A stretch of DNA of 64,000 bases from a virus. The notes beneath the pieces are model-generated. The model worked only from the letters and a program-made list of their open reading frames with translations. It was not told where the DNA came from and did no database searches. The DNA is taken from the IMG/VR virus record IMGVR_UViG_3300046170_000299. The stretch is one strand, 5' to 3'. The translations under genes were made by a program, and so were the position numbers. Shown piece by piece: positions 19,869 to 28,652 of this stretch (position 1 is the first letter of the stretch; every line of letters starts with the position of its first letter).

Positions 19869-20516
19869 ATGCGAATTTTTCTAGACACTGCTGACTACGA
19901 AGCAATTGCTGAACGCTATGAGACTGGTCTAGTCGATGGTATTACTACAAATCCTACATTAGTTCGTAAGTCAGGTGTAAACTACCTTGACTTTATCAGG
20001 ACACTTGCTTCTGAATTTCAGTTTGAAAGTATTTCTGCTGAAGTTGAAGGTGATACTGATGTAGAAATGATTCGTAATGCCCAACAATATATTGAGGTTG
20101 GAGAAAACGTTACGATCAAACTGCCCCTCACTAAAGATGGGTTATCTGCATGTAAAGTTCTCACTGATGATGGTATTGAAACTAATGTTACCTTGTGCTT
20201 CAGTGTTGCTCAAGCAATCATGGCAGCGAAGGCAGGTGCCACGTATATCTCACCCTTTGTGGGTCGTTTGAATGACAACTCTTTCAGTGGTGTTGAACTT
20301 GTTCGTGCTATCTCTGGTCTGTATTGTTCTCAGGGTGTAGATACTAAGATTCTTGCTGCTAGTTTGAGAGATGTTCACCATGTCTCTCGTTGTTTCTTGT
20401 ATGGTGCTAATGTATGTACGTTGCCACCAGCTGTGTTTGATAAAATGTATAACCATGTGCTGACTGATTCTGGTCTAGCAATCTTTGAAGAAGACTTTAA
20501 AAAACTAAAAGAATGA
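19869..20516 (+). CDS. talC: Transaldolase (TalC/FSA type)
   Basis: FLDTAD, GITTNPTL, IKLP (Schiff-base Lys), NVTLCFS, SPFVGRL, ILAASLR. Confidence 0.95.
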   Translation: MRIFLDTADYEAIAERYETGLVDGITTNPTLVRKSGVNYLDFIRTLASEFQFESISAEVEGDTDVEMIRNAQQYIEVGENVTIKLPLTKDGLSACKVLTDDGIETNVTLCFSVAQAIMAAKAGATYISPFVGRLNDNSFSGVELVRAISGLYCSQGVDTKILAASLRDVHHVSRCFLYGANVCTLPPAVFDKMYNHVLTDSGLAIFEEDFKKLKE

Positions 20517-20755
20517 TTATAATCTATTCAAAATCTGGTTGTCCATATTGTGTAAAGATAAAAAAAGTGATGGAGATTGAAGAACTCCAACACATATCAT
20601 ATGAACTTAATCGTGACTTTACAAAAGAAGAATTCTATGCTAAATTTGGTGAGGGATCAACCTTTCCACAAGTCACTCTAGATGATCTTCATCTAGGTGG
20701 GTGTCAGGAATCTATTAAACATATGCAAAAGGAGAAAATCTGTTGTCAGCTATAA
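20513..20755 (+). CDS. nrdC: Glutaredoxin
   Basis: CPYC, TFPQV, LGG. Confidence 0.9.
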   Translation: MIIIYSKSGCPYCVKIKKVMEIEELQHISYELNRDFTKEEFYAKFGEGSTFPQVTLDDLHLGGCQESIKHMQKEKICCQL

Positions 20756-20955
20756 TCGAAGTTCCGTTTGCTGAATTTGAAAAAGACTTTGATGCTTACA
20801 TGGATCGCATTGAAGCAGGCGAAACATTTATTGTTCGCAAACCAGATGGAACTGCTGTCATGGCAGTCCCTGCTGAAGAATACAAAGAACTAACAGATCA
20901 GGTTACTGATTTAGATTGGGAAAATATGATGACGAATCACGATGATGCTAGTTGA
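20743..20955 (+). CDS. Phd/YefM antitoxin-like protein
   Basis: EFEKDFDAYMDRIEAGETFIVRKPDGTAVMAVPAEEY parallels the Phd N-terminal fold; TTG start after AGGAG. Confidence 0.6.
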   Translation: MSAIIEVPFAEFEKDFDAYMDRIEAGETFIVRKPDGTAVMAVPAEEYKELTDQVTDLDWENMMTNHDDAS

Positions 20956-21985
20956 AACATTAAAATCTATTGCTACGAATGAACTCTACATGGGTTACAT
21001 TTTTGGTATTATGATCTTGGGTGGATTCATCCGTGAACATAGTGCATTAGAAGATGTATATTCTTTAGCTAAAAAGTATGTAAAGGATCATCGTATTCTT
21101 GTTATTATTACCTCTTTGTTGGGTGGTATTCTTCCTATTCCTGGTCGTGTTGCTCTCTCAGCACCACTCCTTGATGCCATCGCACCACCTGATAAGGAGA
21201 GGCGTTCTGCTTTTGGTGTGATTGATTACCTATCAGTCCACCATTACTATTGGTGGTCCCCACTAGAGAAGACAGTTGTCCTGCCTATGGCAGTGATGGG
21301 TGTATCTTATGGAACTTTCCTAGGATATACTATTATTCCTTTGATTATCACCTTGACATATACATGGTGGTATATTTTCACTAAGGTTCCTGCAAGATCT
21401 GTTGTTCCTAATTTAGAACACGTAAGAGATTTTAACTGGCGTCGTGCTCTTACTGGATGGGCACCACTTATTGCCACTGTTATTCTTCTATTGAATACGG
21501 GTAAGGCAGGAGCACCATTCTTCTTCCCTTGGTTCCTTGGTATGTCAATCTATTACTCGATTGTATATAAGGATTGGAAGTGGGGCAGATGGTTGGATGG
21601 TAAGTTTGCTATTATTGCAACTGTTGTCCTTGCTCTTGGTGGTGTGGTTGGACTGGTCAAAGGACCTGTTATGGAATATCTAAAGGCAGCAACGCCTGAA
21701 ATGCTTATTCCTGCTTCTCTAGTAGCTATGGTTGCTGCTTACATCATGGGTTCATCTGGCAAGTACGCTGGCATGACTTCTGTGCTAGTATCGATCTTCG
21801 GTCCTCAGTATCTCGTGTGGTTCCTCTGCACTGAGTATTCTGGTTATCTGATCTCACCTGCACACAAGTGTCTCATGATTGGACAGCAGTATTTCGGTAC
21901 ACCAATTCGGAAATACTACGTTGTCCTTTCTCGATTGTGTGCTATACTTATTGCATACGCAGCAATCACCACCTTCATCCTATGA
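20942..21985 (+). CDS. Polytopic membrane protein, DUF401/IT-superfamily transporter-like
   Basis: About 9-10 hydrophobic segments; LLGGILPIPG, MGSSG, YLISPAHKC. Confidence 0.6.
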   Translation: MMLVETLKSIATNELYMGYIFGIMILGGFIREHSALEDVYSLAKKYVKDHRILVIITSLLGGILPIPGRVALSAPLLDAIAPPDKERRSAFGVIDYLSVHHYYWWSPLEKTVVLPMAVMGVSYGTFLGYTIIPLIITLTYTWWYIFTKVPARSVVPNLEHVRDFNWRRALTGWAPLIATVILLLNTGKAGAPFFFPWFLGMSIYYSIVYKDWKWGRWLDGKFAIIATVVLALGGVVGLVKGPVMEYLKAATPEMLIPASLVAMVAAYIMGSSGKYAGMTSVLVSIFGPQYLVWFLCTEYSGYLISPAHKCLMIGQQYFGTPIRKYYVVLSRLCAILIAYAAITTFIL

Positions 21986-22218
21986 AACCCGAAGTCATCC
22001 TTGAACGCTATCCTTACCGTTACGTCCAGTGCGGTACGCTAGAGATCAACGGTATGCCAGACTATCGCATCCAGAAGTACAACGACTGGACTAAGCGTTA
22101 TGCTGATATGTACCTCATTGACAATGCTATTCAACTAGATTATGTCATCGAGGACTTTGAATACACCAAGTGGTTAGACCCCGACCCTGAAGTGGGTGCC
22201 TATCGTAAATACAACTAA
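21982..22218 (+). CDS. Conserved cyanophage hypothetical protein
   Basis: MKPEVILERYPYRYVQCG...; ATGA overlap. Confidence 0.75.
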   Translation: MKPEVILERYPYRYVQCGTLEINGMPDYRIQKYNDWTKRYADMYLIDNAIQLDYVIEDFEYTKWLDPDPEVGAYRKYN

Positions 22219-22225
22219 GGTTATT

Positions 22226-22594
22226 ATGAGCGTTACATCACAACTAGAGAAAGCAGAAGAAGCTATCCGTCAGGCATTGATCAACGCTCTTGCAGAGGGC
22301 GAAGATGAATACCTTTCTGAACTGTTTGATTCACTTAATTCAGTTCGAGACCTGAGGACAAAGATCAACAACACCATTCGTTTCAGTGATAATACTGACG
22401 ACTTTTATGACCGATTGAATGATCCTAATTATTCTTTCAACTTGTCATCTCCTTATTTGAGCAGTCTGAAGATTGGAAAAGATTTGGATGCTTTGGATAA
22501 TCTTGACTTTGGTGCAGCAGCAGGTCCAGTCTATGGTTCTGCAAGCGAAGACGTAATTTCTTTTGAAGATTACAAGTCCCGAGATGACTCATAA
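22226..22594 (+). CDS. Hypothetical protein
   Basis: Likely start MSVTSQLEKAEEA. Confidence 0.7.
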   Translation: MSVTSQLEKAEEAIRQALINALAEGEDEYLSELFDSLNSVRDLRTKINNTIRFSDNTDDFYDRLNDPNYSFNLSSPYLSSLKIGKDLDALDNLDFGAAAGPVYGSASEDVISFEDYKSRDDS

Positions 22595-22740
22595 ACTCGC
22601 TCTGGTGCGGATGGGAAACTCTCCTGCCTGGTTTTTTATTTCCAGTTAAAGAATAAATGGTGGATCCAAATTGACCCCTTCCGTGTGGATGATTTCCTGT
22701 TTTGCATCTAAACTAAAACAGGTGGCGTGCATGGTAGACC
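22595..22740 (+). ncRNA. Structured RNA resembling the cyanophage manA/wcaG motifs
   Basis: Intergenic; three UGGYG motifs (22603, ~22659, ~22723), CTGG/CCAG stem whose loop could pair with AATAAA, CCTGTTTT/AAAACAGG hairpin. Confidence 0.6.
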
Positions 22741-22741
22741 T

Positions 22742-23326
22742 ATGAGCAAAGTTCTTAATTATTATTACTTACCTACTGCAGTAGATACTTCTGTTAGTGA
22801 GGTAATTGTTAAACAATTATCTAAACTAAAGTTAGAAGAAGCAGAACTTCGACTATCTCCTACAAAAGTTAATTCAGATGGTAAAAGTGATAAAAAAATT
22901 AGGGACTGCCTGACCCAAGGCATCCCTGCAGATCATTGGGTATCAGGAATGCTCTCACACTTTGTCAATTGTGCCAATACTAATCTGTTTCATTTTGATT
23001 TGTATAACTGGGCGAGCTTTATTCACCTATGTGTATATAATAAAAAAGGATCGCATTATGATTGGCACACTGACCTTGCTTCTGCACTGTACACAGAACC
23101 AAAAAATCATATACGAAAATTAAGTATTAGTATGTGTCTATCATCTAAGAATGATTATGATGGTGGTGAATTCCAACTGTATGTTGGTAGAAAAATGTTT
23201 AGTTTTAAAATGGATCGTGGTGATGCCATTATATTTCCCTCAGATTGTATGCATAGAGTTAGACGAATTAACTCTGGCAGTAGAAAATCATTAGTTGGGT
23301 GGTACGGCGGTCCTCCATTTAGATAA
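22742..23326 (+). CDS. 2OG-Fe(II) oxygenase (PKHD/prolyl-hydroxylase type)
   Basis: YDWHTD, RKLSIS, YDGGEF, FPSDCMHRV, RKSLVGW. Confidence 0.9.
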   Translation: MSKVLNYYYLPTAVDTSVSEVIVKQLSKLKLEEAELRLSPTKVNSDGKSDKKIRDCLTQGIPADHWVSGMLSHFVNCANTNLFHFDLYNWASFIHLCVYNKKGSHYDWHTDLASALYTEPKNHIRKLSISMCLSSKNDYDGGEFQLYVGRKMFSFKMDRGDAIIFPSDCMHRVRRINSGSRKSLVGWYGGPPFR

Positions 23327-23366
23327 ATACTTCTAGCTTAGTGTAACTGTCTTCAGGACTGGAAGT

Positions 23367-25325
23367 ATGTCAAAAATTCTTGCAAATGAAATCGCCAATT
23401 ATGGTGATAATGCGCCTATAGATCTTAAGGAAGGTCTTAATATTCCTGCTGGTAAACCCATCCAAGCAGCAGGTAGTGCAGGAAGTTCGGGACAAATCCT
23501 CAGCACAACTGGATCTTCTATCGCTTGGGTAACACCTTTTGATGGAAGTTATAATAGTCTAACTAACAGACCTAGTATTCCTGCAGCACAGGTAAACTCA
23601 GATTGGAATGCTAGTGGTGGTGTTGCAGTTATTCTTAACAAACCCTCTGTTCCTCCACTACCTAGTGTAATTACAGCAGCTGCTTCTAGTGGTGGTGCTC
23701 TTGCTTATAACTCTGGCAATGGACAGTTTACATTTACACCACCAGATCTTTCTAACTATGACACAGCATATGGTTGGGGAAATCATGCGTCAGCAGGATA
23801 TCTAACTTCACTTGGTGATGCTGCTGGTGTTACTACATCTAAGATTACCAATTGGGACGCAGCATATAGTTGGGGTAATCATGCATCTGCGGGATACTTA
23901 ACATCTTATCTTGAGAGTGACACACTTGATAGTGTTCTTGAAAGAGGTTCAACAACTACCAGAAATATTACTACTACTGGTAAAATACTATACGCTAACA
24001 ACTATGATAACCTAGGAGATCTTCCTGGTGCATCTACTTATCATGGTATGTTTGCACATGTACACGGTACAGGTAAAGGATACTTTGCACATGCTGGTGC
24101 TTGGACTGAATTGCTAGATATCAATTCTTCCATGGCAGATCTTGGAGATGTTGACCTTACCGTTGCACCTACTGATGGTCAGGTTCTTAAGTGGGAACAA
24201 TCTTCTGGTTCATGGAAAGCAGCTAATGATCTTACTGGTGGAGGTGGAGGTGGTCTAGCACTAACAGATCTTTCTGCTTCAAATGCAACTGCATCTGGTG
24301 GTGGATCTCTTTCTTATAACTCTGGTAGTGGTGCATTTACTTTCACACCACCTGATCTCTCTAGCTATCTAACAACAGAAACTGATCCTGTATTCTCTGC
24401 ATCAGATGCAGCAGCAGTAACTTCTGCACAAATTGCTAATTGGAACTCTGCATATTCATGGGGTAATCATGGATCACAAGGTTACCTAGTTGGATATGGT
24501 GCAGTTTCTAATCACAGTGATGTTGCTATCACTGGAGCATCTAATGGTCAACTACTACAATATAATGGTAGTAACTGGGTAAACACCACACCAAACTATC
24601 TAACTTCTTTCACTGAAACTGACACACTTGATAGTGTTCTTGCAAGAGGAAGTGACAGTGTAAGGGACTTGCATTTAACTGAAGGTGGAGAACTAAGACT
24701 TGGATCTGTTGTCTCTGGTGGTTATGGTCAGATCTGGTTAGCTTCTAACACAATGTATGTTAGAAATATTAATAACACTGGTGCTGGTGGAGATATTTAC
24801 TATGCTAGTAGATCAGGACATCATTTCTATAGTGGTGGTACTGCTGGTGGTAATAATTGTCTGAGTTTGACTGGTAGTGGAGTTTGTACTCTTAAGTATC
24901 TTGGATCTGATAGATTAACAACTACCGCTGCTGGTGTTACTATTGGTGGTACTGTTACTGCAACTTCATTCATCAAGTCTGGTGGTACATCATCTGAGTA
25001 TTTGATGGCAGATGGATCTGTCACTACTGGTGGTGGAGGAAGTGGAGCTAGTGTAACTATCTCAGACACACCACCTGCTGCATCTGCTGGTGATCTATGG
25101 TGGGAAAGTGATACTGGTCGCCTCAAGATTTATTATCAGGATACTGATACGACGCAATGGGTTGACACTAATCCACCACTAACTCAAGATAGAATTGCAT
25201 CTTCATCTGCTCCATCTTCTGCTACAGATACTGGAACTCCTGGTGACATTAGATATGATTCTGGTTATGTTTACATCTGCATCTCTAATAATACTTGGAA
25301 GAGAGCAGCACTTACAACATGGTAA
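23367..25325 (+). CDS. Repeat-rich virion fibre/structural protein
   Basis: 3x AY(G/S)WGNH(A/G)S(A/Q)GYL, 2x FTFTPPDLS; TAAATA at ~23326. Confidence 0.8.
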   Translation: MSKILANEIANYGDNAPIDLKEGLNIPAGKPIQAAGSAGSSGQILSTTGSSIAWVTPFDGSYNSLTNRPSIPAAQVNSDWNASGGVAVILNKPSVPPLPSVITAAASSGGALAYNSGNGQFTFTPPDLSNYDTAYGWGNHASAGYLTSLGDAAGVTTSKITNWDAAYSWGNHASAGYLTSYLESDTLDSVLERGSTTTRNITTTGKILYANNYDNLGDLPGASTYHGMFAHVHGTGKGYFAHAGAWTELLDINSSMADLGDVDLTVAPTDGQVLKWEQSSGSWKAANDLTGGGGGGLALTDLSASNATASGGGSLSYNSGSGAFTFTPPDLSSYLTTETDPVFSASDAAAVTSAQIANWNSAYSWGNHGSQGYLVGYGAVSNHSDVAITGASNGQLLQYNGSNWVNTTPNYLTSFTETDTLDSVLARGSDSVRDLHLTEGGELRLGSVVSGGYGQIWLASNTMYVRNINNTGAGGDIYYASRSGHHFYSGGTAGGNNCLSLTGSGVCTLKYLGSDRLTTTAAGVTIGGTVTATSFIKSGGTSSEYLMADGSVTTGGGGSGASVTISDTPPAASAGDLWWESDTGRLKIYYQDTDTTQWVDTNPPLTQDRIASSSAPSSATDTGTPGDIRYDSGYVYICISNNTWKRAALTTW

Positions 25326-25357
25326 TTCTAAATAATACGGAAGGAGCATACTAAGCA

Positions 25358-26413
25358 ATGGCAATTAATTTTCCCTCAACAGCAGGGCAGGCAACTGACG
25401 GTTCGTATACTTATACAGTAGCGGGTATTGTATACGCATGGAATGGATCATCGTGGGAAGCAGCAGGCGCTGGCGCTAGTGCAACTGACAGAACTTTGTT
25501 TAGTGTCACTCAAAATGCTGTTGGAACTGCAGCTCTTTCTTATACTAGTGGCACTGGTGTTTTTAGTTACACTCCTCCTGATCTTTCTGGTTACCTAACA
25601 GCAGAGGCAGATACTATTGATACGGTAACTGGTAGGGGTGCTTCTACTTCAAATAGTATTTTCTTAGGGGATAATACCAAACTAGGTCTTGGTTCTAATG
25701 GTGCTCGTGGCAATGTTGAATTATATTTTGATTCAACAAACACTAGACTTACTTTTGAAGACGTTTCTGGATGTGAATTTAGATTTGAAAATAATATTGG
25801 TGGTAATGCTACTGCTTTCAACTTCCTCAAGAGTGGGAATCCTCTGGCACAAATGTCAGCATCAAGTGTTAGCTTATGGGCTGGTGGAACTCAAAGATTG
25901 GAGACAACATCATCTGGTGTAACACTTACTGGTGCTCTTACTGCTGGTGGTCTCACTTATCCAACTAGCAATGGAACTAATGGACAAGTCTTGACGAGTG
26001 ATGGAGCGGGTGGCGTAACATGGACTGCTGGTGGATTGCAATCAAGAACTACAGCATCTGTAACACAATCGATTGCTAATGCAGGTTCTTCTGATGTTTC
26101 TATTACAACACCTTCGGGTTATGCATTACTTTCTATCGCAACATCACATGCTGCATGGGTAACTCTTTATAGTGATACTACTAGCAGAACAAATGATTCT
26201 ACTAGAGCTATTACTAATGATCCTTTACCAGGATCAGGAGTTCTTGCAGAGGTAATTACAACTGGTAATACTACTCAATTGATTACACCAGGAGTTATTT
26301 GTTTTAACTCTGGTGGTGCTGGTCAGAATACTACTTACGCAAAGATTGTAAACCGAAGTGGTTCTACTAATAACATACAGGTAACCCTTACGTACATCAC
26401 AATCGAGGCTTGA
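25358..26413 (+). CDS. Virion fibre/structural protein
   Basis: MAINFP N-terminus, YTPPDLSGYLT, TNGQVLTSDG; late promoter upstream. Confidence 0.8.
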   Translation: MAINFPSTAGQATDGSYTYTVAGIVYAWNGSSWEAAGAGASATDRTLFSVTQNAVGTAALSYTSGTGVFSYTPPDLSGYLTAEADTIDTVTGRGASTSNSIFLGDNTKLGLGSNGARGNVELYFDSTNTRLTFEDVSGCEFRFENNIGGNATAFNFLKSGNPLAQMSASSVSLWAGGTQRLETTSSGVTLTGALTAGGLTYPTSNGTNGQVLTSDGAGGVTWTAGGLQSRTTASVTQSIANAGSSDVSITTPSGYALLSIATSHAAWVTLYSDTTSRTNDSTRAITNDPLPGSGVLAEVITTGNTTQLITPGVICFNSGGAGQNTTYAKIVNRSGSTNNIQVTLTYITIEA

Positions 26414-26414
26414 T

Positions 26415-28604
26415 ATGTCGGAAAAAATCTACATCGTCACTCTTCATAAGAGAGAAGACTTAGAAGGTTTCTATTCAGAGATGGTAGAGAATGGTTTTCG
26501 TCTAAACATGAAGCGTCCAATGAGTAGATGCACTCATTATTGGATGACTTCCGAACAAGCAGAAGAATTAAAAAAAGATCCTAGAGTCTGGGATGTAGAA
26601 TTGAATCCTGATGATGCTGGATATGAGATGGTTCGTCATTCGTATCCCACTAGTTTAAATCATTCTACTATTCAATTAACAGGTCAATATTGGAAAGATG
26701 ATACTATTGCACCTGTTACAATTGATCCATCTGTAGATACCAACTGGGGACTATATCATCATGCTGGCGTATATGGTATTGGATTTCCTACTAGAGATAA
26801 GAATAATTTTGGAGCAGGTGCGACAGAAAAAATTGGAGATGATATTATCTGGCACAATGATGGTTCTGAAGTTGATGTAGTTATCTGTGATGATCCCGTG
26901 TCTAGTGATTGTGGTGAGTGGTTGAATAGAGTTAATAGACAACCACTACAAGGAGCAGGAACTACAAATAGATTTGTAGAATACCAATGGTTTAATAATC
27001 TTAATGCTGCAGTAGGATCTATTGATGATGACGGACAGACACTACCTACTGGATCTGTAACTTACTATACTAATGGAACAAATACTGTTGAACATGGTAC
27101 ACACGTTGCTGGAACAGTAGCTGGTGGTAACTATGGGTGGGCGTCAGCAGCAAACATATATGGTCTACAAGTTCTTGGAACAATGCCTTCGGGTCAATCT
27201 GTACCAGGATTATTAATTTTTGATTACCTCAGAGCATTTCATAGTGGTAAAGCAATTGATGATAACCTAGGAATTAGAAGACCTACTATCACTAATCATA
27301 GTTGGGGATATGGAATCGCTGCTAATAGTGAAACATTCCCAAACGGTTTTAGTATTGCTGACATCATTGAAATCCAATACCAAGGTGCGATTTATAACTC
27401 ATCTAATCCAGGACCATCTGGTTGGAACATATACGGTATTGAAGTTGATTTTGGTATTGGACAATATAAAACAAAATTTCCTGTACACTACACCTCAATC
27501 AATGCAGACGTTGAGGATGCTATTAAAGATGGAGTTGTCATTATTTCAGCTGCAGGTAATGATAATTTTAATGTTGTTCGTGATGGTGAAGCAGATTGGA
27601 ATAACTATGTCAGAATTAGTGGAGTGAATGGTGGTAGTCAATTATATTACAATAGAGGTTCATCTCCAGCATCATCTCCCAACGCTATTTCTGTTGGTGC
27701 AGTAAGTAAGTATGCAAATCAGAGGAGAGCTAGTTTTTCTAACTATGGAACTGGTGTAGATATCTTCGCTGCTGGACAGAATATTCTTTCTTGCTGGCCA
27801 AACCCTGCTACAATTACTGGTGACTATGCAGGTATTGGATTAGTTGATGTAAAATATAGTCAAGGAACTGGTGACTGGATGTATCCTATCAGTGGTACTA
27901 GCATGGCAAGTCCACAAGTTGCTGGTATCATAGCGTGTGCTGCTACAGGAAAGAATAGATTTACTCAAGAAGATGCTTTTGGTGTTATTGAAAGAGGTCA
28001 TCAAGAAAACTTAATGACTTTTGACACGGGTATTGGTGGTGGATCTATTGCTCTTACATATGATGTAACAGTTACATCACCAAGTTCTGCTTACTATACT
28101 CTTAACGGTCAAACTAGAGATGGAACTATTAGTGGTAACGATATTACTGTTAGGATTTTTGTAGGTGATACAATTAACTTTAATTTGAGTGGAGTTGGTA
28201 GTATTCACCCATTCAAAGTGAGACAGTCTCCTGGCGGAGCGGATGTAAATAATCCTACTATTCCTAACAATGGAGCTACGGGAACAACAACTGTTGCTTG
28301 GACTCCTGCAGCAGCAGGAACTTACTACTATCAATGTAGTGTTCATGCTAGTATGCTTGGTATTATTCAGGTAGATGATTTCTCCACTCCACCGCCAGGA
28401 TCATTTGTTGATGATTCATGTGCAGCAGGCACATTAAATAATACTATTGAGTATAAATTTACTAGGTGGCAGGGCACAGGTGACTGGTCAGGTGGTGGTA
28501 TCGCTGGAGTAGCTGATGATTTTAAGGGTAGAAGAAAACTAAATCAAAACTCATTAGCATACCCACGTAGGAACACTTTATTCCAACCTGCAGTTGGACC
28601 TTAA
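26415..28604 (+). CDS. S8 subtilisin-like protease with N-terminal propeptide and C-terminal cupredoxin-like domain
   Basis: Triad DVVICDD / EHGTHVAG / SGTSMASPQVAG, oxyanion AAGND; IHPF...YYYQCSVHASM. Confidence 0.9.
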   Translation: MSEKIYIVTLHKREDLEGFYSEMVENGFRLNMKRPMSRCTHYWMTSEQAEELKKDPRVWDVELNPDDAGYEMVRHSYPTSLNHSTIQLTGQYWKDDTIAPVTIDPSVDTNWGLYHHAGVYGIGFPTRDKNNFGAGATEKIGDDIIWHNDGSEVDVVICDDPVSSDCGEWLNRVNRQPLQGAGTTNRFVEYQWFNNLNAAVGSIDDDGQTLPTGSVTYYTNGTNTVEHGTHVAGTVAGGNYGWASAANIYGLQVLGTMPSGQSVPGLLIFDYLRAFHSGKAIDDNLGIRRPTITNHSWGYGIAANSETFPNGFSIADIIEIQYQGAIYNSSNPGPSGWNIYGIEVDFGIGQYKTKFPVHYTSINADVEDAIKDGVVIISAAGNDNFNVVRDGEADWNNYVRISGVNGGSQLYYNRGSSPASSPNAISVGAVSKYANQRRASFSNYGTGVDIFAAGQNILSCWPNPATITGDYAGIGLVDVKYSQGTGDWMYPISGTSMASPQVAGIIACAATGKNRFTQEDAFGVIERGHQENLMTFDTGIGGGSIALTYDVTVTSPSSAYYTLNGQTRDGTISGNDITVRIFVGDTINFNLSGVGSIHPFKVRQSPGGADVNNPTIPNNGATGTTTVAWTPAAAGTYYYQCSVHASMLGIIQVDDFSTPPPGSFVDDSCAAGTLNNTIEYKFTRWQGTGDWSGGGIAGVADDFKGRRKLNQNSLAYPRRNTLFQPAVGP

Positions 28605-28652
28605 AGGATAAGACATAAATAAACCTGAGCACTAGTATTTGTTGGTAGTTAA

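Noticed and set aside
20743-21985. Toxin-antitoxin pair
   Set aside because: The downstream gene is a 347-aa multi-TM protein with no toxin motif; kept only as an orphan antitoxin-like gene
23700-24660. CRISPR-like or DNA-level tandem repeat array
   Set aside because: Repeats are degenerate in-frame peptide repeats (WGNHASAGYL) of a fibre protein, with no constant repeat-spacer pattern and no cas genes
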